A stretch of 64,000 bases of DNA from Bdellovibrionota bacterium. Lineage in GTDB: Bacteria; Bdellovibrionota_C; UBA2361; OMII01. The translations under genes and the position numbers were made by a program. The notes under the pieces are model-generated. The model saw only the letters and a program-made list of their open reading frames with translations, had not been told where the DNA came from and did not search any database. The stretch covers positions 13,838-77,837 of the forward strand of contig JBILFA010000002.1 in NCBI GenBank assembly GCA_044351795.1, in the 5' to 3' direction. Positions 25,525-35,342 of this stretch are shown piece after piece (position 1 is the first letter of the stretch; every line of letters begins with the position of its first letter).

Positions 25525-26013
25525 ATTCCTCCTATGCATTTCAGTGGATAACAGACCTTCCGAGCTTATTCCGTCCAACGTATACCGGGCTACGATACGA
25601 ACGAACTCCCATCAACGAGGCTCAAAGGCTATACTCTGAAAAGATTACTATCAGTTAGTGCCTCACTCCGGTTTCCTGCATACGTACCGCTGAAAGAAGC
25701 GGCTGATACAATCATCCCGTTTGGGGCACACATGCTCCAGTACACCATACTCGTAACAGGACACAGAATTGTGCCAGGTCGATGAGATGTGTTTTTATTC
25801 GTTGGACTGTGTACCTACCTCTCAGATTGTAGATAGAGGGTAAATACTTACAGAGCGATACAGTGTCATGGAACCGCTAATCATTCGGTTTACTACCACG
25901 AAACGCACTGGCGATCGTTCTAAATTCCAAGAATGTATTCTATACCATATAGCCACACTTGCGGAAGTTTCGTCACCCGGATACCGCATCCAGGCGATAA
26001 AAATTTATAACCT

Positions 26014-27252
26014 ATGAAATTAACTACGCAAAATATCGCTCTTGGCACCCTGATCCTGAGCCTTACAAGCTTTTTTCTGGTGAGTTGTCAGCTAGTAACC
26101 GACCTAACGGATTCCGTTCGCCCCAAAGCCTTGGGCCAAGTAGAGGGGTCGGAAGAGCTCCCGATATGGTCACCGCTCTCTCTGCACACAGCCCCCCAAG
26201 CTAGCAAGCACGGCGGAGCCGTACTAAACGCTATCGAGAATCCTAGCGCGCCCGGACAACTACTATCAGCGGGCTCCGATGGTTCAATCATCGCATGGAA
26301 CCTTGAAACCTATTTAGGTCACCGGATACTTTCGCTGCCGACCTCCATCTCTCTCGCTGCTTTTGGAGAGCGCACACCGATGCTCGCGTCGTATGGACCC
26401 GACGGTATCTCAATCAGGTGCATCACCGGCTGTGAGCAGACCTGGCTACTCAACCGATTGAAGATCAGACCAACCGCTCTCGCGTTTCAAGGTGGGGATG
26501 CAGCTCTGCTCATCGCCGGAGCCGACGGGCGGATTTACCGCTGGCGTTTCATCGACGAGGCCAAGGTACGATCCGTCCAAGAGCAAGAAAAGCTTCTCGA
26601 GCGCTACGTGGCTCACCAAAACATCGTCAGTTCTGTGGCATCTCACCCGTTCGGTCGAGCTTTTTTCACCGGAGATTGGAACGGCGCTCTGTTCGGTTGG
26701 CTTCCCTACACCGCAGACCCCCACGGCGGTGCCTATGACAGAAATCTGTTTGGGGGTCGTTTTTACTCAGATAAAATCACTTTTGTTCAGGCCCTCAGAA
26801 CGCCGGACAGGGGGATCTCGGCGATGAGTGTGTCCTCCTCAGGGGAACGGCTTGGCTTGGGAAGCGAAGATGGATACGTCGAAGTGTGGGAGGTCAAGGG
26901 ATTCGTCCAATCCGCGCGTGAGGCCCTGCATGCGGGCCGGGTTCTATCGGTTTCATTCGATTCAACCGGCAATCGCATCGCATCCGTGGGTCGCGACATG
27001 ATGGTATCGGTTGCGTCTATGGAGAGAGACCCCAGCTTCCGCATCTCACCCCAAGCGACCCCGTGGAAACTCATTCCCGCCACTCATCAACGGATCGAGA
27101 ATGCTAAAGATGTCATCTTTCTCAAGAGCGGTAATCTGATCGTAACCACAAGTGATGGAGCTGTGGCTGAGGTCAGTGACCTCAAAGCCTCCGTACCTAC
27201 ACCTGTACCGACCCCACACACAGCAAACAAAATTCAGGACTCAGATTACTAA
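26014..27252 (+). CDS. WD40/beta-propeller repeat lipoprotein
   Basis: Signal peptide with lipobox FFLVSC. Repeated WD-like blades: GSDGSIIAWNLET, GADGRIYRWRF, GDWNGALFGW, GSEDGYVEVWEV, GRDMMVSVASM. Confidence 0.75.
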   Translation: MKLTTQNIALGTLILSLTSFFLVSCQLVTDLTDSVRPKALGQVEGSEELPIWSPLSLHTAPQASKHGGAVLNAIENPSAPGQLLSAGSDGSIIAWNLETYLGHRILSLPTSISLAAFGERTPMLASYGPDGISIRCITGCEQTWLLNRLKIRPTALAFQGGDAALLIAGADGRIYRWRFIDEAKVRSVQEQEKLLERYVAHQNIVSSVASHPFGRAFFTGDWNGALFGWLPYTADPHGGAYDRNLFGGRFYSDKITFVQALRTPDRGISAMSVSSSGERLGLGSEDGYVEVWEVKGFVQSAREALHAGRVLSVSFDSTGNRIASVGRDMMVSVASMERDPSFRISPQATPWKLIPATHQRIENAKDVIFLKSGNLIVTTSDGAVAEVSDLKASVPTPVPTPHTANKIQDSDY

Positions 27253-27321
27253 GAGAAGCGAGACAACGCCTGCGCCTGATTGCAGCAAACCGCTGACCAG
27301 GGTATTGCTTGGAATAATTCT

Positions 27322-27864
27322 ATGAGCACGACCCCATACATCCTCGCAAAGCCGAACCTTCCTCTCCGCCTGGTTCTTGTCGTTGCGGTGGGCACAGCAG
27401 CCCTCGATCAACTGACCAAGTACCTGATTCTCATGAATTTCTTGCCCGGTGAGATCCTGCCAATCATCCCGGAATTCTTCAACCTGACCTTGACGTTCAA
27501 TCTCGGGGCAGCCTTCGGCCTGTGGTCTGCGCTCTCTGATGGACTACGGGAAACGGTGCTTGCCCTTACCAACCTCGTTGCACTTGGAGTCGTCGTCTAT
27601 TTCATGCGACAGCCGAGTTACTCGAGCAGAGCAGCTCAGACGGCATTAGCGGGCATCCTTGGGGGTGCAATCGGCAACATCATCGATCGTTTCGTGCGAG
27701 GCTCCGTGGTAGATTTTCTCGATTTTCACATCGGTACCACTCATTGGCCAGCTTTCAATGTGGCGGACAGCGCCATCTGCACCGGAGTGGTAGTCCTGCT
27801 TTTACTCTCTTTTTTAGGGCCGGAAGAGACAGCGTCGAGAGAGATAACGAGCACCTCGGCGTAG
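27322..27864 (+). CDS. lspA: Lipoprotein signal peptidase (signal peptidase II)
   Basis: LDQLTKYLI, FNLGAAFG, GGAIGNIIDR, VVDFLDF...WPAFNVADSAICTG are all conserved LspA blocks. The start was trimmed to the ATG at 27322. Confidence 0.85.
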   Translation: MSTTPYILAKPNLPLRLVLVVAVGTAALDQLTKYLILMNFLPGEILPIIPEFFNLTLTFNLGAAFGLWSALSDGLRETVLALTNLVALGVVVYFMRQPSYSSRAAQTALAGILGGAIGNIIDRFVRGSVVDFLDFHIGTTHWPAFNVADSAICTGVVVLLLLSFLGPEETASREITSTSA

Positions 27865-28203
27865 AGGCTCCAAGAGGAGGCAGGAAAGAGAGATTGGCGT
27901 AAAGCTCGAGCCATGGCCTAGATGATCGCTAGATGATCGATTGTCTAGTTCGGTTACCCGTTGCCCCACCTCTTCGCTCCCTCTACAATCCAAGGCAATT
28001 GTGCTCGGACCGGTGTACGCCCAGCGTCATCTCTAGGGATGCATTCAGAGTAGCGCTCACGTACTCTATAATCGAGCTTTATCGTATCCCTGTGAAGGCT
28101 GGATAAGGAGAGGAAACCCCGCTCCATCCCAGTCGAATCAACAACTCCGACGAGCCGCACTTATGACGCTGCTCAGCGATTTATGTGAAGGAAAATATCG
28201 GCG

Positions 28204-28518
28204 ATGCCTCTCAAATCTCTGCGTATTCTGACTTTTTCAATTCTCTTGGCAACAAACGTGGGCTGCAGCTCTAACAAGGCCGCTAACCCCGGCAGTCCCC
28301 TCGTCGGTGGCACATTCAACGAATCGGAGAAGATCACCGAGCCGAAAACCACCGAAGAGGAGCGCTTCATCGAACTACAGGAAAAGGAGTTGGAGAAGCA
28401 GCGCAAAGAGATCGACGATCTCAAACGACAAAAATTTCATGATGACTATCTCCGCACGCGATATCCCAAGGAGAGCCCGGAAGGAAGTCCATCGCGTGAC
28501 GGTTTTGGAGGCTACTAA
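28204..28518 (+). CDS. Small lipoprotein, charged/coiled-coil
   Basis: Lipobox LATNVGC|SS. The Shine-Dalgarno is GAAGGAAAA. The stop overlaps the next start (TAATG). Confidence 0.6.
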   Translation: MPLKSLRILTFSILLATNVGCSSNKAANPGSPLVGGTFNESEKITEPKTTEEERFIELQEKELEKQRKEIDDLKRQKFHDDYLRTRYPKESPEGSPSRDGFGGY

Positions 28519-29432
28519 TGCTACATGTTCATAACAATCTCGCTCGCGCGATCTTTGTCGGCGCCATTGCCCTCGTTGCTATAACAGGGTGCACAAAACC
28601 CAAAGAGACCACCGCCATAGGCGCCGCAACGGGCGGCGCAATTGGAGCCGGACTGGGAGCGATCATAGGCAACCAAACCGGCGATGCCGGAAGCGGACTT
28701 GCGATCGGCGCTGCAGCGGGGGCTGCGACCGGAGCCCTCATCGGTAATGCGCTTCAAGCGCAACAAGAATCCGTGCGTTCTCAAGACGAGGCGATCGAAC
28801 GCCAGGAGCGTATGATGGCTGCTCAACGCACTGAGATCGCGGAACTCCGTAACCTAAACCCTGACGTCGTAGAACAGAAGCGCCTCGCTCTCCAGAAGCG
28901 CGGACCATCTCCTTCTTCTTATTCCGCCCGTGCTACCAGTACCGGCAGCCCTCAATCTCTATCACGCAACTCATCCGATCCATTAGCTCGCCTCGACATG
29001 AGATCGAAGTCAATCGGAGAGAGGAGTCTTCCTACTCCCAAAGGCAAAGTAGCACCTGTGCGTGCAGTAGAGCAGCCGCGTCGCGTCGCACCGACCCAAT
29101 CCAAGACTGAGCCAGCCGCAGGTGAGCCCGCGGTAGCTAAGCAGGTTTCAATGGCCGCAGAATCCTCTGATTCGTGCGGAGAGGCAGAGAAGGAGCGCGC
29201 TTCGGCACAAAATGCTATGGACAGCTCTGACAAGCTCTTCCACCTCCGACGCGCCCTACGCTTATGCCCGAACAACGCACGCATGCACCACGAACTAGGG
29301 AAGGTGTACGCGTCGATGGATCGCGCGAGCGATGCTGAACAGGAATTCAAGCAAGCGCTCGACATAGACCCATCATATGCTCCCGCTAAGCAGAGCTTGG
29401 ATCAGTCATCACCTACTAATATCAAATTCTAA
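28518..29432 (+). CDS. Lipoprotein with a glycine-zipper segment, a coiled coil, a disordered linker and C-terminal TPR
   Basis: Lipobox AITGC|TK. Glycine zipper: GAATGGAIGAGLGAIIGNQTGDAGSGLAIGAAAGAATGALIGN. The C-terminus carries TPR-like repeats (ALRLCPNNARMHHELGKVYASMDRASDAEQEFKQALDIDPSY). Confidence 0.7.
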   Translation: MLHVHNNLARAIFVGAIALVAITGCTKPKETTAIGAATGGAIGAGLGAIIGNQTGDAGSGLAIGAAAGAATGALIGNALQAQQESVRSQDEAIERQERMMAAQRTEIAELRNLNPDVVEQKRLALQKRGPSPSSYSARATSTGSPQSLSRNSSDPLARLDMRSKSIGERSLPTPKGKVAPVRAVEQPRRVAPTQSKTEPAAGEPAVAKQVSMAAESSDSCGEAEKERASAQNAMDSSDKLFHLRRALRLCPNNARMHHELGKVYASMDRASDAEQEFKQALDIDPSYAPAKQSLDQSSPTNIKF

Positions 29433-29469
29433 CACGAACGGCCGAAAAGATCCGTAGGAGGGACACAGT

Positions 29470-30156
29470 ATGCAGCGCTTGGTACTTTCGATGATTCTCC
29501 TGCTCTCTGCCTGTGAGAACTACAGGTTTGGCGCTACTGATGTGGCAGCGCTGGGTGGCGCTGCAGCAGGTGCCGGTCTCGGGGCAATTATAGGAAACCA
29601 AACCGGCCACACGGGAGGTGGTATCGCGATCGGATCGGCTGCAGGAGCACTCGGCGGCGCCTTGATAGGTTCGCAAATTGAGAGGCAGGACCGAGCGCTC
29701 GAGGATCAGAGCCGCCGAATCGAGGAGAACGACCGAGTACTGGCAGAAAATCGCAGGCTCCTTGAAGAGCTACGCCAACGCGGAATTGACGTACGAGACT
29801 CAGAACGAGGAATCGTTGTAAATCTACCCGACGTACTCTTCGCATTTAATAGCTCCAACCTCACGCCGCAAGCTCGCTCGACGGCCAAAGAGATCGCACA
29901 TGTCATCAATCAAGCTCCAACCCGGAGAATCTCGATAGAGGGTCACACTGACAGTATTGGTTCGATCGATTACAACTATCGCCTCTCGGATACACGAGCC
30001 CGAGCAGTACGCAGCGAGCTCGAGCGCTATCAAGTAGCTCCTCGTCGCATAATGACACGCGCACTCGGAGAGACCGAGCCAATCGCTTCGAACCGAACAG
30101 ATCAAGGCCGTCGTCGCAACAGGCGCGTCGAGGTAATTATCGAAAATGCTCGCTGA
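29470..30156 (+). CDS. OmpA-family (Pal-like) peptidoglycan-binding lipoprotein with an N-terminal glycine zipper
   Basis: Lipobox LLLSAC|EN. GAGLGAIIGNQTG is identical to the preceding gene. The OmpA_C block is NLPDVLFAFNSSNLT...IEGHTDSIGSIDYNYRLSDTRARAVRSEL...NRRVEVII. The Shine-Dalgarno is AGGAGGG. Confidence 0.85.
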   Translation: MQRLVLSMILLLSACENYRFGATDVAALGGAAAGAGLGAIIGNQTGHTGGGIAIGSAAGALGGALIGSQIERQDRALEDQSRRIEENDRVLAENRRLLEELRQRGIDVRDSERGIVVNLPDVLFAFNSSNLTPQARSTAKEIAHVINQAPTRRISIEGHTDSIGSIDYNYRLSDTRARAVRSELERYQVAPRRIMTRALGETEPIASNRTDQGRRRNRRVEVIIENAR

Positions 30157-30555
30157 GAAATTGATTAACGTGCACGTAGAGCTCTATCAAGGACGTAATT
30201 ACCCTACTCTACAATCTCCTCTATCTGTCGGAATTCTCGCATAACAAACAACAGAAAATACAAACTGAGTGGTATATCGCAAAGCTCTCGTTTTGCACCG
30301 CAAAGAGAGGCACCTCGCGTCTAGTGGATTCATAATCAATCTCGCTGCAAAAGATGTTCAGAAGCTCTTTACGTTTAGCCCGAGCACTGCGGGAACTTGG
30401 CGAACCCCAAGAGCTATTACGAGAGCCAAATTCGACGCTGACCCTCATGGTCAACGAAATGAGAAGCGAAGCTGCTTGAAATATTGGGGTTTTCAGGGCT
30501 GGAAGCCCTTCCTTCCCTTGCCAATCCGGACCCGACCCAATAACATCACCCCCGT

Positions 30556-31536
30556 ATGCATAGGCTTAGTCATAGCATCCTTAGTTTGGTACTCTTGGCA
30601 CTCCCACTCACTCAGGGACTGAGTTCCTCTGCCTCGGCCTCTCCCCCCCAAGAGGTCATTGTCGATGCCGTGGTAGCCACAGTCGACGACAAGCCGATAA
30701 CTCTGAGCGAACTGCGCGGTCGACTCGTTCCGCCCAGGCAGTTGAGCCTGACTGAGGCAGGAAAAGACCAAGATGCGCTCAAGGCTCTCGATGCATTGAT
30801 CTTCGAAAGACTCATAGAAGAGGAAGCGACGGCCAAACGAATCTCTGCAACAGACTCCGATATCGAGGAGTACCTAAACGAAGTAGCCAAGCGGAACGGC
30901 CTCTCGAGAAGTGAATTCGAAAAGGCGCTCCTTGCCGAAGGAAGAACCCTATCAGCGTACAAACAACAGGTTCGACTAGACATACTCCGTACCCGCCTCG
31001 CCTCTTCTATGACTCGAGGCGGTGTCAGCATCAGTGATGCGGAGGTCGACGAGTACATCCGCAATCACTCTGAGATAATCCAATCCGAAGGAACAGTAAA
31101 ATTACGACAGATCGTCATCTCGTCTTTCGGGCGAGATCCAACGACCCTTCGAGCCCGTACTTCAGAGATCTTCCAAGCGCTCGAAGGTGGTGAGAAATTC
31201 GCCGACTTAGCCACGCGATTCTCCGAGGGCCCTCAGGCCTCTGACGGTGGGCTGATAGGGGTCGTTGCCGAAAAAGATCTAAGTGAAGATATATCATCTG
31301 CTATTGCTTCGCTGAACACGGGCGAATGGAGTGCCCCTCTGGAGACAGAGGCAGGTGTGCAGATATTTTTCATCGAGCAGCGATTCAAGGGTTCGGAAGA
31401 GGGTGAGACCGATGATAGCGACGCGCTACGCAATGAAGTCAGACAAAGCCTTCAACAGCAAAAGAGCCAAGAGAAGCTCTCCTCGTTCTTTTCGGGCGAG
31501 CTGTACAAGAATCATGCAGTAGATAAAAAGCTGTAA
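30556..31536 (+). CDS. SurA-like periplasmic chaperone / parvulin-type peptidyl-prolyl isomerase
   Basis: Signal peptide, then a SurA_N-like helical region (VATVDDKPITLSEL...), then one PpiC rotamase domain (LRQIVIS...GGEKFADLATRFSEGPQASDGGLIG...W.S.P.ETEAGVQIFFIEQR). Confidence 0.75.
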   Translation: MHRLSHSILSLVLLALPLTQGLSSSASASPPQEVIVDAVVATVDDKPITLSELRGRLVPPRQLSLTEAGKDQDALKALDALIFERLIEEEATAKRISATDSDIEEYLNEVAKRNGLSRSEFEKALLAEGRTLSAYKQQVRLDILRTRLASSMTRGGVSISDAEVDEYIRNHSEIIQSEGTVKLRQIVISSFGRDPTTLRARTSEIFQALEGGEKFADLATRFSEGPQASDGGLIGVVAEKDLSEDISSAIASLNTGEWSAPLETEAGVQIFFIEQRFKGSEEGETDDSDALRNEVRQSLQQQKSQEKLSSFFSGELYKNHAVDKKL

Positions 31537-31616
31537 GGGTGAAATCGCTAGATTTCGAGCGTCACAGCGATGCACAGGGAGGTGCGGAGCTTGGATTTTA
31601 GACAAGGAGTGATTGT

Positions 31617-32993
31617 ATGCAAATAAATCCGGTAATCTTTCGAGAGTACGATATTCGTGGAACGGTCGGTACAGAGCTCAGCCCAGAGTTTGCAAGGGTC
31701 CTCGGTAGAGCTTACGCGACGCTGGCTGTGGAGCACAAACTCAACCGTATCGCTATCGGGCATGACTGCCGACTGAGCTCTCCGGACTACGCTCAATCAC
31801 TCGCCGAAGGTATGGCAGACGAGGGAATCGACGTGGTACTGACCGGCATGGGGCCGACTCCCCAATTGTATTACGCAGTATTTGCAAATGACCTCGGTGG
31901 TGGCATTCAAGTTACCGGAAGCCACAATCCTCCTGACATGAACGGCTTCAAAATCCTGTTGGGAAAGCAGACCCTCTCCGGCTCTGATATTCAGGACATG
32001 AAGAACCGCTGCGAGCGCGTGCTATCAAAAGCCCCGGTATCGAAGCGTGGCGTGATCACGAACCTCGAAGTACGTGAGTCGTACATCCAGAACCTCATAG
32101 AGAATTCCCGCTCTCACATGGGCCCCCGAAAACTCAAGGTAGTCGTAGATGCGGGCAATGGGGTCGGCGGCATGGTCGGTCCGGCCGTGCTCAGAGAGCT
32201 CGGCGTCGAGGTAATCGAGTTGTACTGCGAGCCGGACGGACTTTTTCCGAATCATCATCCAGACCCGACAGAGCTCAAGAACATCACCGACCTCGTTGCC
32301 GCCGTCAAAGAGCACGGTGCTGATTTCGGAATCGGTTGGGACGGAGATGCCGACCGCATCGGAGTAGTCGATGAAAAAGGAGCTCCGATCTTCGGAGACA
32401 TGTTGCTCCTCATCTACGGCAGAGCAATCTTGAACGAGAAGCCGGGAGCGACTATCATAGGTGACGTCAAATGCTCGAGCCTGCTCTTTGACGATCTCGC
32501 TGCACGCGGCGCAAATGCGATAATGTGGAAGACCGGGCATTCCTTAATCAAGGGCAAGCTCAAAGAGACTCATGGAGATCTCGCCGGAGAGATGAGCGGT
32601 CACATCTTCTTCAAGCATCGCTACTACGGTTTCGATGATGCCCTGTATGCCTCAAGTAGGTTGGTGGAGATTGTCAGCAAACACTCTGGGCCGATCTCCT
32701 CACTTCTTTCGGGATTGCCGCCTATGGTATCCACCCCGGAGCTCCGTGTGGACTGCCCGGAGCAGATTAAATTTAGGATCGCACAGGAGGCGCAGTCAGC
32801 ATTCAAAGAGTTCAAGGTTGATACGATTGACGGTGTGCGAGTTACCTTCCCGCAGGGCTGGGGACTGGTGCGCGCGTCGAATACTCAACCCGTTCTCGTG
32901 ATGCGCTTTGAAGCGGAAACCCCTGAACTCCTCGAAAGCTACAAGAGGACCGTCCTCGATCGGATTGAGGATATCAAATCTCGCCTTTCGTAG
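31617..32993 (+). CDS. Phosphomannomutase/phosphoglucomutase (alpha-D-phosphohexomutase family)
   Basis: FREYDIRG; active-site loop TGSHNPPDMNGFK; metal loop GIGWDGDADRIGVVD; GEMSGH. The Shine-Dalgarno is AAGGAG. Confidence 0.9.
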   Translation: MQINPVIFREYDIRGTVGTELSPEFARVLGRAYATLAVEHKLNRIAIGHDCRLSSPDYAQSLAEGMADEGIDVVLTGMGPTPQLYYAVFANDLGGGIQVTGSHNPPDMNGFKILLGKQTLSGSDIQDMKNRCERVLSKAPVSKRGVITNLEVRESYIQNLIENSRSHMGPRKLKVVVDAGNGVGGMVGPAVLRELGVEVIELYCEPDGLFPNHHPDPTELKNITDLVAAVKEHGADFGIGWDGDADRIGVVDEKGAPIFGDMLLLIYGRAILNEKPGATIIGDVKCSSLLFDDLAARGANAIMWKTGHSLIKGKLKETHGDLAGEMSGHIFFKHRYYGFDDALYASSRLVEIVSKHSGPISSLLSGLPPMVSTPELRVDCPEQIKFRIAQEAQSAFKEFKVDTIDGVRVTFPQGWGLVRASNTQPVLVMRFEAETPELLESYKRTVLDRIEDIKSRLS

Positions 32994-33003
32994 CCGATCT
33001 GAG

Positions 33004-33031
33004 AGCGTGGTCAATGCCGTTTGACCACGCT
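33004..33031 (+). terminator. 11-bp perfect hairpin right after the phosphohexomutase gene
   Basis: AGCGTGGTCAA-tgccgt-TTGACCACGCT begins 11 nt after the stop. It is followed by CCATCTCTTC, a poor U-run. Confidence 0.5.
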
Positions 33032-33051
33032 CCATCTCTTCACTATCCAGC

Positions 33052-35154
33052 ATGAAGGAGCACCACCAGACGACGATCTCAATCTCAGTCTTCTCTGCGC
33101 GACTCTTCTATGCCGACTCGCCCGACACTTCGCTCGAAACCGGCGTCCTTCATCACACGACACAAATACCAAGCAAGGGAATGATGAAGGTGTGCGTTTC
33201 CGCAGACGCCCCTGGATCGCTACTATGGATGGATGGACTGGCCATTCAAGCGAGCCGCACGCGATCCTTTGTAGAAGCACTGCGGCGAGGCGAGATCCCA
33301 AAGCCGATCGCTCAGCCCGGCTCTCTTCCTGCTCATATGCGCGTTCGGTATGTATCGCCAGGCACCATCGCTCTGTCCGACGAGACGCTCATCTCTATGC
33401 TCGGGCTAGTCCCTACCCTACTCCATACTATCGATTCCTCCGGCTATCGCACGTGTGACAGTTGCGGAAGCGCCGTGAGAATGTACAAAACCGCGGCGAA
33501 TCTTGCGGAGGAGATCCTGGAAGGACATAGGAATCAAGGTATCGAGATCCAGCTTCGTGCCTCGCCTGATCTCCTCACCCAGTGGGGAGAGACGCGAGGA
33601 TTCCGTCTTCAGGAATCAGGTAATGGATACTGCTTCATCGAGCTCGACTCCTTGGTTGCCAAGCCTGAGGCTTTTGAACGAGTTCGTAAGGTTCTCGACT
33701 CAAGCTGGTCACTTCCCACCGGCAGCGTGTGGTGTCTAAGCGATGATTCGACAACCGCATATGCTCCCTCTGGTTTCTGTATGCAGTGCCTAAGACCGGC
33801 ATCAGCGATTTCTATTCAGAGGCTTACTCACATCTTGCGGAAAGGAGCTGCTGACCCCCAGGCGCCCGAACTTCTGCTCAATGCATGTGGAACAACCGTT
33901 GCAGGGCTTTTGAGCTCATCGCTGTCAGTACTCGAAGAAAAGTTACTTACCGGCAAGATCTTGTCCCCCGCTCTTCGGGAGGAGCTGTGGGCTTTGAATC
34001 TCGAAGGTCTTCTCTTAGGCAGAACCGCTGATAGGCTCTCAGCGTCAGCACTGGCGCGTCTTGCCGTCATTACGGCAGCACTGGACGGCTCAGATGACGA
34101 CACGCTCGTTGTTGTGGATGTGCCGTGTGGTTTGATGTCGCCGAGCAAAAGCTCCAGTGCTGAGCGCATTCTACAGCACTCGGCGCGGCGTCGCACGACG
34201 GTCGTGCTGGAGCAACACAGCGGAGAGTTCCAATCAAGCACGGAAACTCGAACACCGCTCGGTACGGGTGTGAGTTTGGGTACCCTTCGCCTGAGAACGC
34301 CCCTGGAGTCCACATGGAAGGAAACGGATCTAGTCCAGGGATCACTCCACGTCATCCGCCCGCTCGAAACCCACTCGACCGAACCTCTCGCCGCAGACAT
34401 ATTCGCCGCTCTATCGGGGAAAGGAGCTCTCGACCAGCACGAAGCAGAGTACACCACTCGGCACTCTTGTGACGCTCACTTGGTCGACATGCGCCCTATC
34501 ACATCGTTGAACAGACGGATCTTGGCCCAACAGTTCGGCCTGTATGAACCTCTCACTAAACTCTATGCGTCCGCATTGGAAGCACGCATGCTGGGACTCA
34601 CTCCGAAGGATTTCAATCTGAGTAGTCGCGCTAAGCCGAATTACCTGTGTCCGAAATGCTCAGGTTTGGGAATAGTTCTCGAATCAGTACCGGGCTTCGA
34701 GCGTCCCCAGGCGCGCCCATGCCTCATCTGCCTCGGCACGAGATTTCGAACCCCGATCAAGGAGATTGAATTTCGAGGTCGCGCGTTGTGGCAGCTCTTG
34801 AATTCGACGTTTTCGGAGGCGGAGAGCGTTCTTCGTGCTCTTCCAAGAGTTGCGAACTCACTATCTCTTCTCAAACTGCTTGAACTTGATCACCTTCCCG
34901 TCGGTATGCCTGCCTGTTTGTTGAGTTTCTCCGAGCGCAAGCTAACAGCGATCGGTACCAGTATCCTTTCGGGAACAAAGTCTCGTCCGACCGTTCTCAT
35001 TATCGAAGAACCGTTTGCCGGTCTTTCCGAGAGGCAGGCAGCAGGATTGACCCAACTCATAACCAACCACGAGCTCGGTAAGGACGTGACTTGGCTCTTG
35101 GTTGGTCGAGATGCCCGCTTGGCCAAAGTCAGTTCCTCGACGCTCGAGGTTTAG
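33052..35154 (+). CDS. UvrA-like protein with both ABC ATPase sites degenerate (UvrA-fold relic, 700 aa)
   Basis: Collinear with UvrA. Cys pairs are retained (CDSC...CMQC; CPKC...CLIC). The C-terminus CPKCSGLGIVLES...PCLICLGTRFRTPIKEIEFRGRALWQLLNSTFSEAESVL...LLSFSERKL...PTVLIIEEPFAGL aligns to CEACQGDGVIKVE...[22 protein letters not shown]...LSGGEAQRV...LYILDEPTTGL. Both Walker A sites are lost (SADAPGSLL; PLETHSTEPL). NBD-I has signature LSASA and Walker B VVVDVP. Confidence 0.7.
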   Translation: MKEHHQTTISISVFSARLFYADSPDTSLETGVLHHTTQIPSKGMMKVCVSADAPGSLLWMDGLAIQASRTRSFVEALRRGEIPKPIAQPGSLPAHMRVRYVSPGTIALSDETLISMLGLVPTLLHTIDSSGYRTCDSCGSAVRMYKTAANLAEEILEGHRNQGIEIQLRASPDLLTQWGETRGFRLQESGNGYCFIELDSLVAKPEAFERVRKVLDSSWSLPTGSVWCLSDDSTTAYAPSGFCMQCLRPASAISIQRLTHILRKGAADPQAPELLLNACGTTVAGLLSSSLSVLEEKLLTGKILSPALREELWALNLEGLLLGRTADRLSASALARLAVITAALDGSDDDTLVVVDVPCGLMSPSKSSSAERILQHSARRRTTVVLEQHSGEFQSSTETRTPLGTGVSLGTLRLRTPLESTWKETDLVQGSLHVIRPLETHSTEPLAADIFAALSGKGALDQHEAEYTTRHSCDAHLVDMRPITSLNRRILAQQFGLYEPLTKLYASALEARMLGLTPKDFNLSSRAKPNYLCPKCSGLGIVLESVPGFERPQARPCLICLGTRFRTPIKEIEFRGRALWQLLNSTFSEAESVLRALPRVANSLSLLKLLELDHLPVGMPACLLSFSERKLTAIGTSILSGTKSRPTVLIIEEPFAGLSERQAAGLTQLITNHELGKDVTWLLVGRDARLAKVSSSTLEV

Positions 35155-35342
35155 CAGCACTCGTGGCTCGAAGAACATCACCACGTCCAAGCCTCGAGCA
35201 AAGCACTATAATATCAAGCTGTTACAAACAATCTATGCGCCCCTCAGACGTTTTCAGAAGCATATCCCTTCAAGAGCACGAAATATCTATTTCGAACCAT
35301 AACAGAGAAAGAGAACCGAGAGACTCATTACCCGAGGTTACT

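Noticed and set aside
27918-27939. 11-bp tandem duplication (CTAGATGATCG x2) downstream of lspA
   Set aside because: It is short and isolated, and I saw no further copies elsewhere in the window. It is likely a neutral slippage event.
35091-35342. 5-prime extension of ORF 35091-35675, which overlaps the end of the UvrA-like gene
   Set aside because: The extension overlaps the upstream CDS in another frame and has non-protein-like composition. An internal ATG at 35343 has a Shine-Dalgarno and is followed immediately by a TM helix.
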